A stretch of 64,000 bases of DNA from assembly GCF_964355755.1 (NCBI RefSeq), contig NC_092680.1, positions 16,005,045 to 16,069,044 on the forward strand, read 5' to 3'. Below the pieces are notes generated by a model. The model made no database searches. It saw only the letters and a list, made by a program, of their open reading frames with translations, and was not told where the DNA came from. Source of the DNA: Antedon mediterranea. Its lineage: Eukaryota; Animalia; Echinodermata. Made by a program: the position numbers and the translations under genes. Shown here one piece after another: positions 63,512 to 64,000 of the stretch (its first letter is position 1; every line of letters starts with the position of its first letter).

Positions 63512-63617
63512 CTGCAATCATCACAAATATGTTGATCAAAATGTTTTACAAGGTAAGAATCACGGAAGCCTTGTTGACAGTCTATACAGGAATAAGGATC
63601 AGACGTTAAATCAGGTG
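63512..63617 (-). CDS. XPA: XPA internal exon (106 bp), C4 zinc finger; upstream exons lie beyond the window
   Basis: CIDCQQGFRDSYLVKHFDQHICDDCR; AG/GT boundaries. Confidence 0.95.
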
Positions 63618-63926
63618 CTGTCAAGAAAACATACAGGAAACTTTTGGTTAATGAAATTTGTTTATTGCCAACATCTGTCACAAACTAGAATGTCAATAGT
63701 TTTATTTCACCGGAATTATGGATGAAACTAAGCGAGAATTGTTAAAGCACCTTCAGTGGTTCTATCATTGATCAAGGGCTACTCTCATCAAGGGCTCACC
63801 TTGACAAGAGGAAAGGCATGGGCCAATACATCTGAGGCCAATACATCTGAGGCAGATACTAGATGCAGGGGCTGCCATAAGAGTCACCAGTGCTGATATC
63901 AAATGCATAATGGGACCCCAGCTCCA

Positions 63927-64000
63927 TACAGCACCCAATATTCCCAGATGATCTCCCATCCAAGCTCTAACAAGGCCTTGTTACTTAACTTGCTGATCTG
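63927..64000 (-). mobile_element. 5S rRNA-derived sequence (SINE3 head or 5S pseudogene), cut by the window end
   Basis: Minus strand gatcagcaagttaagtaacaaggccttgttagagcttggatgggagatcatctgggaatattgggtgctgta resembles the 3' two-thirds of 5S rRNA with many substitutions. Confidence 0.65.

Overview
AT-rich eukaryotic (animal) genomic DNA, probably from a marine invertebrate. An echinoderm-like deuterostome is my inference from XPA exon structure, Deu/Nin-core SINEs and Crack/L2/Rex1 LINEs; it is not proven. The window holds a tandem, same-strand cluster of six immunoglobulin-superfamily type-I membrane receptor genes whose coding regions have no introns (1, 1, 2, 2, 2 and 3 Ig domains). The first five share a transmembrane signature. 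Between receptors 5 and 6 lies an intronless non-RD, tyrosine-kinase-like gene. Receptors 3 and 4 look like a pair with similar ectodomains: one cytoplasmic tail has 8 Tyr and the homologous tail has none. Their second Ig domain has a near-identical DNA patch that suggests gene conversion. Receptor 5 is split by a Rex1-type LINE and by an 8-kb EnSpm/CACTA-type transposon with a TA target duplication, leaving an intact ORF for a potentially secreted two-Ig protein. The window also contains an NHL-repeat pseudogene fragment, satellites (49, 63, 102 and 31 bp units), tRNA- and 5S-derived SINEs, MITEs, and the last four exons of XPA on the minus strand. The best candidate for an undescribed system is a clustered receptor/decoy/kinase immune- or allorecognition-type locus. 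That function is inferred, not demonstrated.
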